Virus record (IMG/VR): IMGVR_UViG_3300022562_001204
Span: 206,551-257,149 of that record
Length of the DNA stretch: 50,599 bases
Direction: 5' to 3' (one strand)
Origin: a virus
Lineage: Duplodnaviria > Heunggongvirae > Uroviricota > Caudoviricetes
This document shows positions 7,717-16,918 of this stretch, in pieces (position 1 is the first letter of the stretch; every line of letters begins with the position of its first letter). The translations under genes and the position numbers were made by a program. The notes beneath the pieces were generated by a model, which saw only the letters and a list, made by a program, of their open reading frames with translations, was not told the origin of the DNA and did not search any database.

Positions 7717-8484
7717 TCACCAGTTCTTGTACAGCGGCTTGGCATGGTCCTTCTTCAGGGCAGCCCTGGCGCTCTCCAGAGCGTGATTGACCATCTCCCG
7801 GGTGGACTCCATCGCACAGATGGAGGGTTCCCGAGCCAGCTTCTCCAGCTGACGGATCGTCACTTGACGATCCTCGAGACTTTCCAGGGCAGGAGCGTCC
7901 CACTTGTTGGCGGCTTCGATACCCTGCTCTGTCACGCAGTCGAAGGTGACGATGGTGTCGAGGACCCGGATGGTCTGGTATCCCTGCTTGTGGTTGATGC
8001 TCAATGCGCGGATCGAGAAGTTCACATTCTCATCCGGATTGTTGAGGGCGTTCTCGAGCATCTGTTCATGGGGTCCAGCCGGCTTGACCTTGCCCATGAT
8101 GCCGATCATACCAGGGTTCTGGTACTGGGGATTGGCTTTTCCGAAGTCAAAGTCCAGCCAGAGTTCCTTGATGTGTGCGCAGACGTTGGTTTCTTCGATC
8201 CGAAGGATGCGTTCCAGATACTGGTTCTCCGTCATGTTCGGCAGGGGCTTGGGATGTCCCAGCTCTGCCTTGACGTTCCCGTTCTTGATACGCCGCATGA
8301 GGATGCTGGAATCCTTGAAGAGGTCTTCTGCACCCTTGTAGGTGTAGTAGTCCCCTGAGGAGTTCAGACAGTTCAAGCCACCCAGGGTCATCGTGCGATA
8401 ACCGTTGGCGTCCTTGGGAAGAATCCCCTGCTTGCCCTTGTCGGCAAGCCGGGTACTGGCGAATCGTATCGTGCGCATGCTCAT
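7717..8484 (-). CDS. Prohead maturation protease (phiKZ gp175 / SPN3US gp245 family)
   Basis: Motifs ELGHP, NFSIR and TFDCV. C-terminal A-x-E autocleavage sites (ALESLE, AMES). Syntenic with vRNAP genes. Confidence 0.9.
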   Translation of the reverse strand: MSMRTIRFASTRLADKGKQGILPKDANGYRTMTLGGLNCLNSSGDYYTYKGAEDLFKDSSILMRRIKNGNVKAELGHPKPLPNMTENQYLERILRIEETNVCAHIKELWLDFDFGKANPQYQNPGMIGIMGKVKPAGPHEQMLENALNNPDENVNFSIRALSINHKQGYQTIRVLDTIVTFDCVTEQGIEAANKWDAPALESLEDRQVTIRQLEKLAREPSICAMESTREMVNHALESARAALKKDHAKPLYKNW

Positions 8485-9197
8485 GCCCTCAGTATTTGTT
8501 CGACTTTGTTAACCTGGTCACTCGGAGTGGTCAGGCTACTGACGACGCCTTCGTGGAAGTAGTTACCTGTAAGTTTGTTGACGACGTTGCTGACCGCGTA
8601 GATCACCGAGGAGAGCGGGATGTAGTCGATGTTCTCCAACGACCAGTCCGCAGGGCTGGAAGCCGACTGACGGAGGTACTCCGCCCGGTTGCTCTTGCTC
8701 CTGGAGATGATCGCTGTCAAGAACTCGACCGTCTCAGGTACCTTGGCGATATTGCTGTCAGCGTGTTTCTTGGCAGTTGAGAAGACCTTGCAGAGGTCGT
8801 CCACGGTCGCCCACCACGGTACCTTGCCCTTCAGCCAGAGCTCATTGAGGACATGGTAGACGATGGTGTCCTGGCGAACCAGGGTCAGTGTCTTGAAGAT
8901 CGTCGTGTTGGCGTCAAAGGAGAACTCGTAATAAGCCACCTCTCCGACCGTCACGATCGTCGTCCGGCTGGGGACGATGGTGATCATCGAACACACTGAC
9001 ATGACCGAGTATTCCCCGGTTTCCAGGATGATCGGGAAGAACCCGTAGATCCTGGTCTCCGTGGCGATCTCTCCAAGGTTCACTGACATCCAGTGCACGG
9101 GCACCTGGATGGTGCAGGGTACTCGAGTGAGTACCCTACCGTCTTCCTGTTTCACCAAGGCCTTCTTGACGACCTGTGGCGAACGGGTCAGTTTCAC
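8481..9197 (-). CDS. Probable virion RNA polymerase beta' C-terminal subunit (phiKZ gp176 / SPN3US gp244-like)
   Basis: Size and position next to the protease. The C-terminal NKLTGNYFHEGV region is consistent with a beta' C-terminus. Confidence 0.6.
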   Translation of the reverse strand: MKLTRSPQVVKKALVKQEDGRVLTRVPCTIQVPVHWMSVNLGEIATETRIYGFFPIILETGEYSVMSVCSMITIVPSRTTIVTVGEVAYYEFSFDANTTIFKTLTLVRQDTIVYHVLNELWLKGKVPWWATVDDLCKVFSTAKKHADSNIAKVPETVEFLTAIISRSKSNRAEYLRQSASSPADWSLENIDYIPLSSVIYAVSNVVNKLTGNYFHEGVVSSLTTPSDQVNKVEQILRA

Positions 9198-10651
9198 TGA
9201 CTGACCCTCAGCTGGGTCATGACGTACGACACCAGGTAGTTGACTGTCGCCAAGAACGCCGCTTCATTCGGATCCGCTTTCGGATCTTCCTTACCGACGC
9301 GACGCATGTCGGAGAGGATATCCTCAGCCGGGGTGTGGCCGAACTTGATGCCGGCGATCAGGCACTCCGCCATGCAGGGAAGGTCCAGGAGTTCCGAGGT
9401 GGAAGCATTGTCAATGCACTCCTTGGCCTTTTTGATCAGCTCGTCGGCTCGATTGTCCTGGGTCTGGTCGTACTCGGTCTCTGTCTCATCCATACGACCA
9501 GCGTATTCGGAGAACAGAGAGATGTAGAAGTCACGCATCGCAGCGACCACCCGGTTTTCCAGGCTGTCCACGTAGACCGTGTTGTAGTAGCGCCAGTGAC
9601 GGGCCAGGGTCTCGCTGTTCTCATCGATCTGACTGACCGAGAAGTACGTCTGGTCGCTCACCAACATACCCAGGATCAGCTCTGGGGCACCATTGGCGGC
9701 GATCCAGCGCGAGTAGACCTCTTCATGGACACCGACCCGACTGTGTTCGCGGTCCATGTAGGCCAGCAGGATGTCATTCTTGGCCGCTTCACCGATGGAG
9801 ATGATGGAGTTGACCAGCAGAGTGCCCGAATAGGTCTTGTGCTGGAACACCATCGTCTCGTAGGCGAACTTCGAGAGGTTCAGCTTGGCGTTGGGCGGGT
9901 TGTCCAGAAGGTGACAGGTCATCAGGAAGTAGACCGCCGCGTAGGTGCAGCGTTCGTAGTCGTTGAACTTCAAGATGTCTTCGAAGAGGTAGGGTCCACC
10001 GAAGTCAGCGCCCACACCCATACCGAAGAAGGTAGCCGCCACATCCGGGATCACCCGGGGATGCAGGGTCTGGGCCCAGGCACGGATCGCCAGATTCATC
10101 CGACCATTGCTGACTTCTAGCAGGGAGATCGGATCTTCAGGCAGTTCAATGCCCAGATTCATGCAGGGGCGTTCTGGCGCCAGAGCCCGTTCACCCTTAT
10201 AATCAACCAACATGCCCAGGAAGGACTCGTCGGTCATAAACTCCGGAAGGGCTTCGGTGACGATTTCCAGACCTTCAGCCGGACTGCGGTGACCCAGACT
10301 CTCGTAGTGGTCGCTGGACTGTTGGAAGAACTCGTCCACCATCGGACGGACCGTCTGTCGGACATAGCTGAGCTGCGAACGCACCAGGTCAGCCAGGCCC
10401 ACAACCAGTTCGTCGTAGAACGGACCCCAGAGGGATCCTTCTTCACCGGACTGAACTTCCAGACACATCCCCATGCTGTTGAGGAAGTCCTGGCTGACGG
10501 GGCCCTGAAACACTTTCGGATCCGGGGTACTGTAGTTGACCAGAGATCCCAGAGGGGACCCCTGAATCGCAGAGATGTATCGCCCTTTGTTTGCCATATC
10601 CAAGGCAAACGGCAAGGCAATGTCGTAGGAACGCTTGAGCATTATGGTCAC
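9194..10651 (-). CDS. Virion head protein (phiKZ gp177 / SPN3US gp243-like)
   Basis: Synteny and size (485 aa). Confidence 0.6.
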   Translation of the reverse strand: MTIMLKRSYDIALPFALDMANKGRYISAIQGSPLGSLVNYSTPDPKVFQGPVSQDFLNSMGMCLEVQSGEEGSLWGPFYDELVVGLADLVRSQLSYVRQTVRPMVDEFFQQSSDHYESLGHRSPAEGLEIVTEALPEFMTDESFLGMLVDYKGERALAPERPCMNLGIELPEDPISLLEVSNGRMNLAIRAWAQTLHPRVIPDVAATFFGMGVGADFGGPYLFEDILKFNDYERCTYAAVYFLMTCHLLDNPPNAKLNLSKFAYETMVFQHKTYSGTLLVNSIISIGEAAKNDILLAYMDREHSRVGVHEEVYSRWIAANGAPELILGMLVSDQTYFSVSQIDENSETLARHWRYYNTVYVDSLENRVVAAMRDFYISLFSEYAGRMDETETEYDQTQDNRADELIKKAKECIDNASTSELLDLPCMAECLIAGIKFGHTPAEDILSDMRRVGKEDPKADPNEAAFLATVNYLVSYVMTQLRVSQ

Positions 10652-10667
10652 TCCAAGAGGTTATGGT

Positions 10668-10692
10668 AGGAGTGGGGGAGTACCCCACTCCT
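10668..10692 (+). terminator. Hairpin with its U-tract on the + (antisense) strand
   Basis: Stem aggagtgggg/ccccactcct followed by tttt on +, between two minus-strand genes. Confidence 0.45.
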
Positions 10693-10699
10693 TTTTGAC

Positions 10700-10891
10700 T
10701 TACTTGATGCTGGAAGTGACGCGAGCCAGAACGGTCTGTTCGACCATGTCACGGGTCAGGGTCTCACCACCCAGGCTACGGGAGATGTCCTTCTCACCGA
10801 CCTCCCGAAGGACCCCGGAGATGAGGCACGCCACGTTCGCAAGCACGATCGCGTTCTGAGTGGCTGCTGAGTTGATGCTTTCTTCGTTCAT
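10700..10891 (-). CDS. Small conserved protein, 63 aa
   Basis: ATG closely coupled to the upstream RNAP stop. Syntenic small gene of phiKZ-like phages. Confidence 0.6.
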   Translation of the reverse strand: MNEESINSAATQNAIVLANVACLISGVLREVGEKDISRSLGGETLTRDMVEQTVLARVTSSIK

Positions 10892-13800
10892 TTAGGAGTC
10901 CCCTTGAACTCTCGTACGGCTTCCTCAGCAAAAAGCCTCAGAAGGGTGGCAGTGGTACCGATGATGTACGGCGACATAACGTTACGGGCAGCGATCGAAC
11001 GGTTACCGAAGATGGCGTCAATCTCTTCCCCGGACTCCGTGTACACGGTGTAATCCATGACTTCTGAGTTGACTGACTTCATCTGGTTCGCGAAGACCAC
11101 CTTATCAGCCACGCCCATGGCAGTGCTGACCTGGATGTAAAATCGGATCTCAGCCTTCCCAAACCCCAACGGGGTACCGTCTACGCGGTAGTCATCGGTG
11201 ACTTTACCGGTATAGGCGGGCTGGTTAATGGACTTGGCACGAGAGACGATGACACGATCACTCGCTTCTGCCAGAGCCCTGAGGCTGGGGGTCATCTCTT
11301 CCTTGTCGCCGTGATAGAACACCTCGACACGGTCGATGATACCCAGATAATTGGCCTTGGGGGACTGCTTGGCCAGGCCTTTCAGGACTTCCAAGGACTG
11401 GGCATCGAAGGCTCCCAGAGAGGAGGTAATCTCATCTTCGATACTCATCAGGATGTCAGAGGGTTTGACCTTCTGACCCGGCTTAACCACATTGTGGAGG
11501 GCCTGCCCGAATTCCACCGTGAAGTTTCTCAGGTAGACGACCCGAGTCCTCAGACGGTCGGAGAGCTTCCTGGAGATGGAGGAGCTATCTTCGTGGGTCT
11601 GTTTCAGCTCCATCAGGGCCACACGGGCATTGAGGGAGTTCTTCATGACCAGACCGCCTGGGTTCAGGGGATCCTTCTCAAAGAAGCCGGTATTGTAGCT
11701 GATGGGGTCACCCTTCTTCACGGTATCGCCGACCTTTAGATCGGTGACGACGTGGTGCGGGTAGATCGCTCCTTCTGAGCGACCCAGGAGTTTCCCGATG
11801 GGGACGCCGACACGACGGCCGTCCGCGTACTCCACGATCACACCCTTGTCATTGACAGAGACCACCTTACCGTCAGCTTTGGCACAGTAGGCAAAGATCG
11901 ACGAGGTTCTCTGGGCCATCAGACCCTCGTATCCCGTCCTGACGTACGGAGGGTGGTACCCTTCCGTCATGATGGTGTGCCCCTGCTGGATCGATACGAA
12001 GACGACGCGCTTCATATCGTCATGCATCACGCCAGGCGCCAGGAGGGCACTGGTGGACAGAAGGTTGGTGGTGTTGACGTCGGACGTATCGCCCTTCATG
12101 CCGAACATGTCCTGGAATGCCGGGTTGGCTGAGAGGTAGTTGTTGACACCCACATCCCCAGAGTCCACCGTGGCTTCCGAGACAATCCCGATGTCGTTAG
12201 CATGGTAGGCGCGGGATGCCTTGTTAATGGCATCCTTGGAACGACCTCCCTCACCCACGTAGGTAATGGATTCGTCCGCCTTCAGGTCCTGAACCGGATT
12301 GATCTCATCGAACATCTTCTTCGATGGGTCTTCCGAGATGGACTGCCAGACTTTCCAGGGCGACATGGCAATCTTGCCACGCCCTGAGAGATTCCGGCTC
12401 CTATGGGTCCGGATCGCCATCGTCAGTTCTTTGTAGACCATGCCTGGAATACGCTCGTATCCACGGGTACGGGTATATGCCGTATCTTGGCTCTTAGGGT
12501 GACTGTAGGTCAGGAGCATCTCGCTAGCCCGAATCAGTAGCCCTTCAAAGGTCGTGGGCTCCTTCATCTCTCGGAGGATGTCCTCCGTGATAGGGTCGAT
12601 GAAGTAGTCCAGCATCATCTCCATCTCACGGATGTAGATGACACTCAGTCCCTTGGAGCTGATCAGGTTCAGGTAGACGTCCGGGTTAGCAAACTCACGG
12701 ACGTCGTACTGCCGGGTCACCTTGGCATACTCCATGAACCCTGCCAGGACCATGGTCGCCAGTCGTTCCTTCTTGGTAAAGACGTAGGTCCCGTCCTTGA
12801 AGGGGATGGCGTACTCATCCTTGGTCAGTCCGACGTTCTTCTTGGGCTCTACCTTACGGTAGGTCGGGTTCAGTAGGGAGAGCAGTGCTGGGAACCCCAG
12901 CTTGAACCCCAGGACCAGTGCCACGGGAATGGCTTTCCGGAAGATCTGGAGTTCACTGTACTGTACCGGCGCATCGTGGGCATCTAGCCTGAGGAGGTCG
13001 TAGACCGACCCAACCGGGGTGAGGATCCCTTCTTCGTAGGAGAAGAACTGGTCATTCATGTCCACGAAGAGGCTAGCACTGCGGCTAGTGGAGGGGTCGA
13101 TCTGTTCGCCACACCAGGTCATTCCTTTATTAAGGATGACAGCTGGGATCTCCAGATGCGGTTCTCGGTTGTCGAAGTAGAGAGTCCAGGGCCCGGCCTT
13201 CAGGGAGCGGTACTCCGTGGAGAGGGCACTGTAGACGTAGGGCGCTTCCCGGTAACTATTAAAGGAGTCACCTGGTACAACACCAGTGATCCAGTCACTA
13301 CCTGAGAGAGAAGCCTTGTTGATCTGGGCAATCACCCACCCCATCGTACTGTTGGCCCGCTTGGTGGCGGTACTGACGAAGGACTTGCCGTAGTAGCTGG
13401 ACAGACCTACCTGAGTCGGGGAGATCTTCCGAATGGGGAGGTCCACGCGCTGCTTACGCATGTGGTACTTGTTCCCATTGGCCATGTAGGTCCCGTCTTC
13501 ATTCACGACCGGGATCTTGATCCAGATCGAGGAAGCCGCGCCGTCCAGGGGTTTCAGCTCCAGACGGTGGAGTTCTACCCCGCCCAGCGCCGACCACTCG
13601 ACATCAACCTCGTGCTTTCTGAGCGCGACACCACCAGACTGGACTGCCCCAACCATACGCAGGACATCCCGTTTCATGTACTTCTCAACGTAGTCCGAGG
13701 TGTAAGAGTTCAGGCTGCTGCCCAACATGGACTTGTCAAAGACAGCCGGGGAGTCCTGGAGCTGGGTCTTCTCCGGGTCAAACATCATCTCACCCGGCTT

Positions 13801-15213
13801 GGACTGCACCATTTCGCTGACCAGCTGGCCAGACCCGTAGGGGTCGGTCATGTTACCATAGGCTTCCACGTCCTTGGCAGCTGCCTTGTACTCCTGGGGG
13901 GAGAAGATCCCCGTGTCCACGCGGCGTTTGATGGTGGCCTTGATCCGGTCATTGGGACGTTTGGCCATCTGAAGCTGTTCGTTCAGGTCTTCCTGGCTGG
14001 GCGGGACGATGATTTCCTGGGTCTCCACCACGTCATCTCGCTGCATGGCATAACCACGAGAGACCAGCTTGTTGGCGGCCTGACGTTCCAGGATCTCCAG
14101 ACTCTTGTCGAGTTCCTCAGCCAGAGAGTCCTCAGAACCCCCGAAGCTATCCTCGTCCAGATCAGAGACATTCTTCAGGAAGTTCTTAGGAGCTTCCTGA
14201 AAGTCATTCTGACCTTTTTTGGAGATACCTCGGTGACCAGTCCGTTCCTCCTCCTCCTCTTCATCTTCGAGGTCGGGATCATCGGTGATCTCGGGGTCTT
14301 CCTCCGGGTCAGAAGCTTCTTCTGAGTCAGCTTCTTCAGCAGGCGTCTCAGGCGCATGTGCCGAGAGGTTCAGCAAATACCCCAGGAACATCTTACCGAG
14401 CATCTGCCCGGGGTACTGGGAGACTGAGCTGACGTCGGTCAGGTTCTTGTGGTCCTTCAACCAGCTGGTCAGGTATCCCAGGTTCATGACGCTGGCATTA
14501 CCGTCCGGCGTCTGGAAGACCACGCTCACCCGGAGTCGATCCTCATCGGCGATCTCACCAAACGACCCCGTAGTGGCTTCAGAATGGGTCAGGTAGGTGA
14601 AGAAGTTCGAGACGACCTGCTTCTCGGGGGTGTTGAATACCCGGAAGTAGGACATCCCGGCCTTGCTACCGAACTGGGTCAGCTGTGAATAGCTGGGGAG
14701 TTCCTCGATGGGCGGCAGGATCACAAAGTGATGCTTGCTCGTGGTTTCCAGCAGTGCCTTGATGTTACCCCAGAGCGTATGGGTCAGATTCTGCCACCGA
14801 TACATCTCAGACAGAGGATGTTCTGGGTAGCGGTAGGCTTCTTTCAGGTAGTTGTAGTTGATGACCACCAGGCGGTTGTCCTCGAGTACCGTCTTGGCGG
14901 CATCGTGAACATACCGAAACTCCTGGTGTTTGGTACACCACTTCAGGACCCGTTCCCGATAGCGGTTGGGGATCAGCCTCGGGTGACCCAGTAAGTTACC
15001 CGAGAGACGGTCCACGAAGTCCAACGCTACTCGACGATTGCTGATGTCGAAGTACGGCAGGGTGGGGTCCAGATCGACGACATCGTCGTAGGACAGGTGG
15101 TGGTAGACAGCGTTCTTGGGAAACTCCGTGAAGGGTACCAGTTTCGGGTGGTACAGCTCCGTCGGCCTGCGCACGCCTCGTTCACGATAAAACAGCGGAT
15201 AAAGCTTAAGCAT
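10888..15213 (-). CDS. Virion RNA polymerase beta subunit, N-terminal part (phiKZ gp178-like), 1441 aa
   Basis: Beta-type motifs RAYHANDIGIV, HDDMKR, THEDSSSIS and GVADKVVFANQMKS. Confidence 0.9.
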   Translation of the reverse strand: MLKLYPLFYRERGVRRPTELYHPKLVPFTEFPKNAVYHHLSYDDVVDLDPTLPYFDISNRRVALDFVDRLSGNLLGHPRLIPNRYRERVLKWCTKHQEFRYVHDAAKTVLEDNRLVVINYNYLKEAYRYPEHPLSEMYRWQNLTHTLWGNIKALLETTSKHHFVILPPIEELPSYSQLTQFGSKAGMSYFRVFNTPEKQVVSNFFTYLTHSEATTGSFGEIADEDRLRVSVVFQTPDGNASVMNLGYLTSWLKDHKNLTDVSSVSQYPGQMLGKMFLGYLLNLSAHAPETPAEEADSEEASDPEEDPEITDDPDLEDEEEEEERTGHRGISKKGQNDFQEAPKNFLKNVSDLDEDSFGGSEDSLAEELDKSLEILERQAANKLVSRGYAMQRDDVVETQEIIVPPSQEDLNEQLQMAKRPNDRIKATIKRRVDTGIFSPQEYKAAAKDVEAYGNMTDPYGSGQLVSEMVQSKPGEMMFDPEKTQLQDSPAVFDKSMLGSSLNSYTSDYVEKYMKRDVLRMVGAVQSGGVALRKHEVDVEWSALGGVELHRLELKPLDGAASSIWIKIPVVNEDGTYMANGNKYHMRKQRVDLPIRKISPTQVGLSSYYGKSFVSTATKRANSTMGWVIAQINKASLSGSDWITGVVPGDSFNSYREAPYVYSALSTEYRSLKAGPWTLYFDNREPHLEIPAVILNKGMTWCGEQIDPSTSRSASLFVDMNDQFFSYEEGILTPVGSVYDLLRLDAHDAPVQYSELQIFRKAIPVALVLGFKLGFPALLSLLNPTYRKVEPKKNVGLTKDEYAIPFKDGTYVFTKKERLATMVLAGFMEYAKVTRQYDVREFANPDVYLNLISSKGLSVIYIREMEMMLDYFIDPITEDILREMKEPTTFEGLLIRASEMLLTYSHPKSQDTAYTRTRGYERIPGMVYKELTMAIRTHRSRNLSGRGKIAMSPWKVWQSISEDPSKKMFDEINPVQDLKADESITYVGEGGRSKDAINKASRAYHANDIGIVSEATVDSGDVGVNNYLSANPAFQDMFGMKGDTSDVNTTNLLSTSALLAPGVMHDDMKRVVFVSIQQGHTIMTEGYHPPYVRTGYEGLMAQRTSSIFAYCAKADGKVVSVNDKGVIVEYADGRRVGVPIGKLLGRSEGAIYPHHVVTDLKVGDTVKKGDPISYNTGFFEKDPLNPGGLVMKNSLNARVALMELKQTHEDSSSISRKLSDRLRTRVVYLRNFTVEFGQALHNVVKPGQKVKPSDILMSIEDEITSSLGAFDAQSLEVLKGLAKQSPKANYLGIIDRVEVFYHGDKEEMTPSLRALAEASDRVIVSRAKSINQPAYTGKVTDDYRVDGTPLGFGKAEIRFYIQVSTAMGVADKVVFANQMKSVNSEVMDYTVYTESGEEIDAIFGNRSIAARNVMSPYIIGTTATLLRLFAEEAVREFKGTPK

Positions 15214-15221
15214 GGTCGTCC

Positions 15222-16874
15222 TTAGCTGATATTGGCCAGTACCAGGTTCAGGACATCATTCCCTGAACCAAAGGCCATGGTACCATCCACGTTGACATAG
15301 TACTCACGGCTGTGCATGAGCGTCTGGATCTCGTCGTATGACTCATCCACCAAGAAGCAGGTCAGCGAGCAAGTGTCACCATCATAGTCGGCACCCAGGC
15401 GACCCAGGTGTTGGGTCGCTGGAGAGAGTGCATCGAAGAAGTACTCTCCCTTAATGGGAAACTCCGGCGCCACGTTGTCTGTCACTGACCAGTCGTACCC
15501 CAGTTCGGTCCTGACCTCACCGCGAATGGTGGTCTTGAGGTAGATGTACGCCGGGTAGACACTACCGTACCCCGTGATCGGGTATCGCGTGACAATCCCA
15601 GGTACTCTTGGTGACTCCTTATATAAGGACGTATAGAACAAGATTGCTGGGGTGATGGGGGTCACGTCCTTCGGGTCACGACCCTCTGGGATCTCATCGA
15701 TACCCTGGATCAGCTTGAAGGTGCCGTCAGGTCCCAGATAGCAGAGACCCATGTAGTAGTCACCCAGCTTGATGGGTTCGTGGCGAAGGTCCTTGATCTT
15801 GAACTTCGCCATGAGTTTCTCAAGACCTTCGTTGGTCATCCACTCATCGTAGTAGCTGGGATCCAGGGGGACCTGGACGGACTCCAAGGTCGAGGGGTCC
15901 GTGACCACAGCGGGACTGTTCGGTCCAGGGAAGACCTCCGAGAGAAACCCCTCACGTACCGAGTGGATAGCCCTGGGCATGATCGTACGCATGTACTGAT
16001 ACAGCCCCACCACCGTCTGGTCCGTCCGGACCATCTGTGGATCGTCCTTCGAACGGACTGTCGGGACGTAGGGGGTAATGACGTTTCGGGTGGAGTTCTC
16101 GATCGATCGACGAGCCCACTTACCCTGGATCAGCTTTCCCTTACCCTCCAGCAGACTCACGATGTAGTCATAGATGGCGTTCACAGCTATCTGGAGGTTA
16201 TATCGGGAGTTGTCCAGGTACTGCTGGTTGCCATCGATGCTGATATTGGAGAGCATCTTGGAGAGACCGATCACCCGGCGGTAGAGGGTGTTGATCTCAT
16301 CTTCGGAGGGTTTTCCATCCGCATCAACCACGTAGTCCCTCAGACCTGCTGGCATGACCAGCAGCTTCTCCATGAAGGGAGCATCCCGATGCTTCTCGAT
16401 CAGACGGATGTTGTACGTCCGTTTCGGAGAAGGCCTGGACTCAAAGGTCAGGTCCTTGAAGTGTTCCAAGAAGAAGGAGAACCCCGTCTGACCATGGACT
16501 GGGTCAGATTTCACGAAGTCTTTGGTCTTGTAGTCGAAGACCGCATACTCTCGACTGGCCAGGATCTCGCCGTACAGACCCTTCAGGTCAGTCAGGGCCT
16601 TGAAGTAGACCGGATGGAAGACACCCAGCTGGAGGTCGATATATGCAAACGTCCGACTACGTCGACGGTCACCGACTCGACCAAAGGTCTCGATGGAGTA
16701 GAGTCCATCGGGGTGGAAGTTCTTTGTCATGCCCTGCATGACGTCCATCACTTTTACTTGTCTCAGGCCGTTGCTGGCTCCTTGGAGCCCGACAGCCCTG
16801 GCAAGCTGCATGATACTCTGGCTCCCTGAGGCCAGCAGTAGCTCCAAATTCAGCGGGGGAAGATCGTTTAACAC
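15222..16874 (-). CDS. Virion RNA polymerase beta' subunit with the catalytic site (phiKZ gp180-like)
   Basis: Motifs GLYSIETFG, LEGKGKLIQGKW, RNVIT, TRYP and catalytic ADYDGD. Start codon uncertain. Confidence 0.92.
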   Translation of the reverse strand: MLNDLPPLNLELLLASGSQSIMQLARAVGLQGASNGLRQVKVMDVMQGMTKNFHPDGLYSIETFGRVGDRRRSRTFAYIDLQLGVFHPVYFKALTDLKGLYGEILASREYAVFDYKTKDFVKSDPVHGQTGFSFFLEHFKDLTFESRPSPKRTYNIRLIEKHRDAPFMEKLLVMPAGLRDYVVDADGKPSEDEINTLYRRVIGLSKMLSNISIDGNQQYLDNSRYNLQIAVNAIYDYIVSLLEGKGKLIQGKWARRSIENSTRNVITPYVPTVRSKDDPQMVRTDQTVVGLYQYMRTIMPRAIHSVREGFLSEVFPGPNSPAVVTDPSTLESVQVPLDPSYYDEWMTNEGLEKLMAKFKIKDLRHEPIKLGDYYMGLCYLGPDGTFKLIQGIDEIPEGRDPKDVTPITPAILFYTSLYKESPRVPGIVTRYPITGYGSVYPAYIYLKTTIRGEVRTELGYDWSVTDNVAPEFPIKGEYFFDALSPATQHLGRLGADYDGDTCSLTCFLVDESYDEIQTLMHSREYYVNVDGTMAFGSGNDVLNLVLANIS

Positions 16875-16918
16875 GGGAGATCCTCTGGTAATAGTTAGCG
16901 ACCCAGGAGACGAACAGC

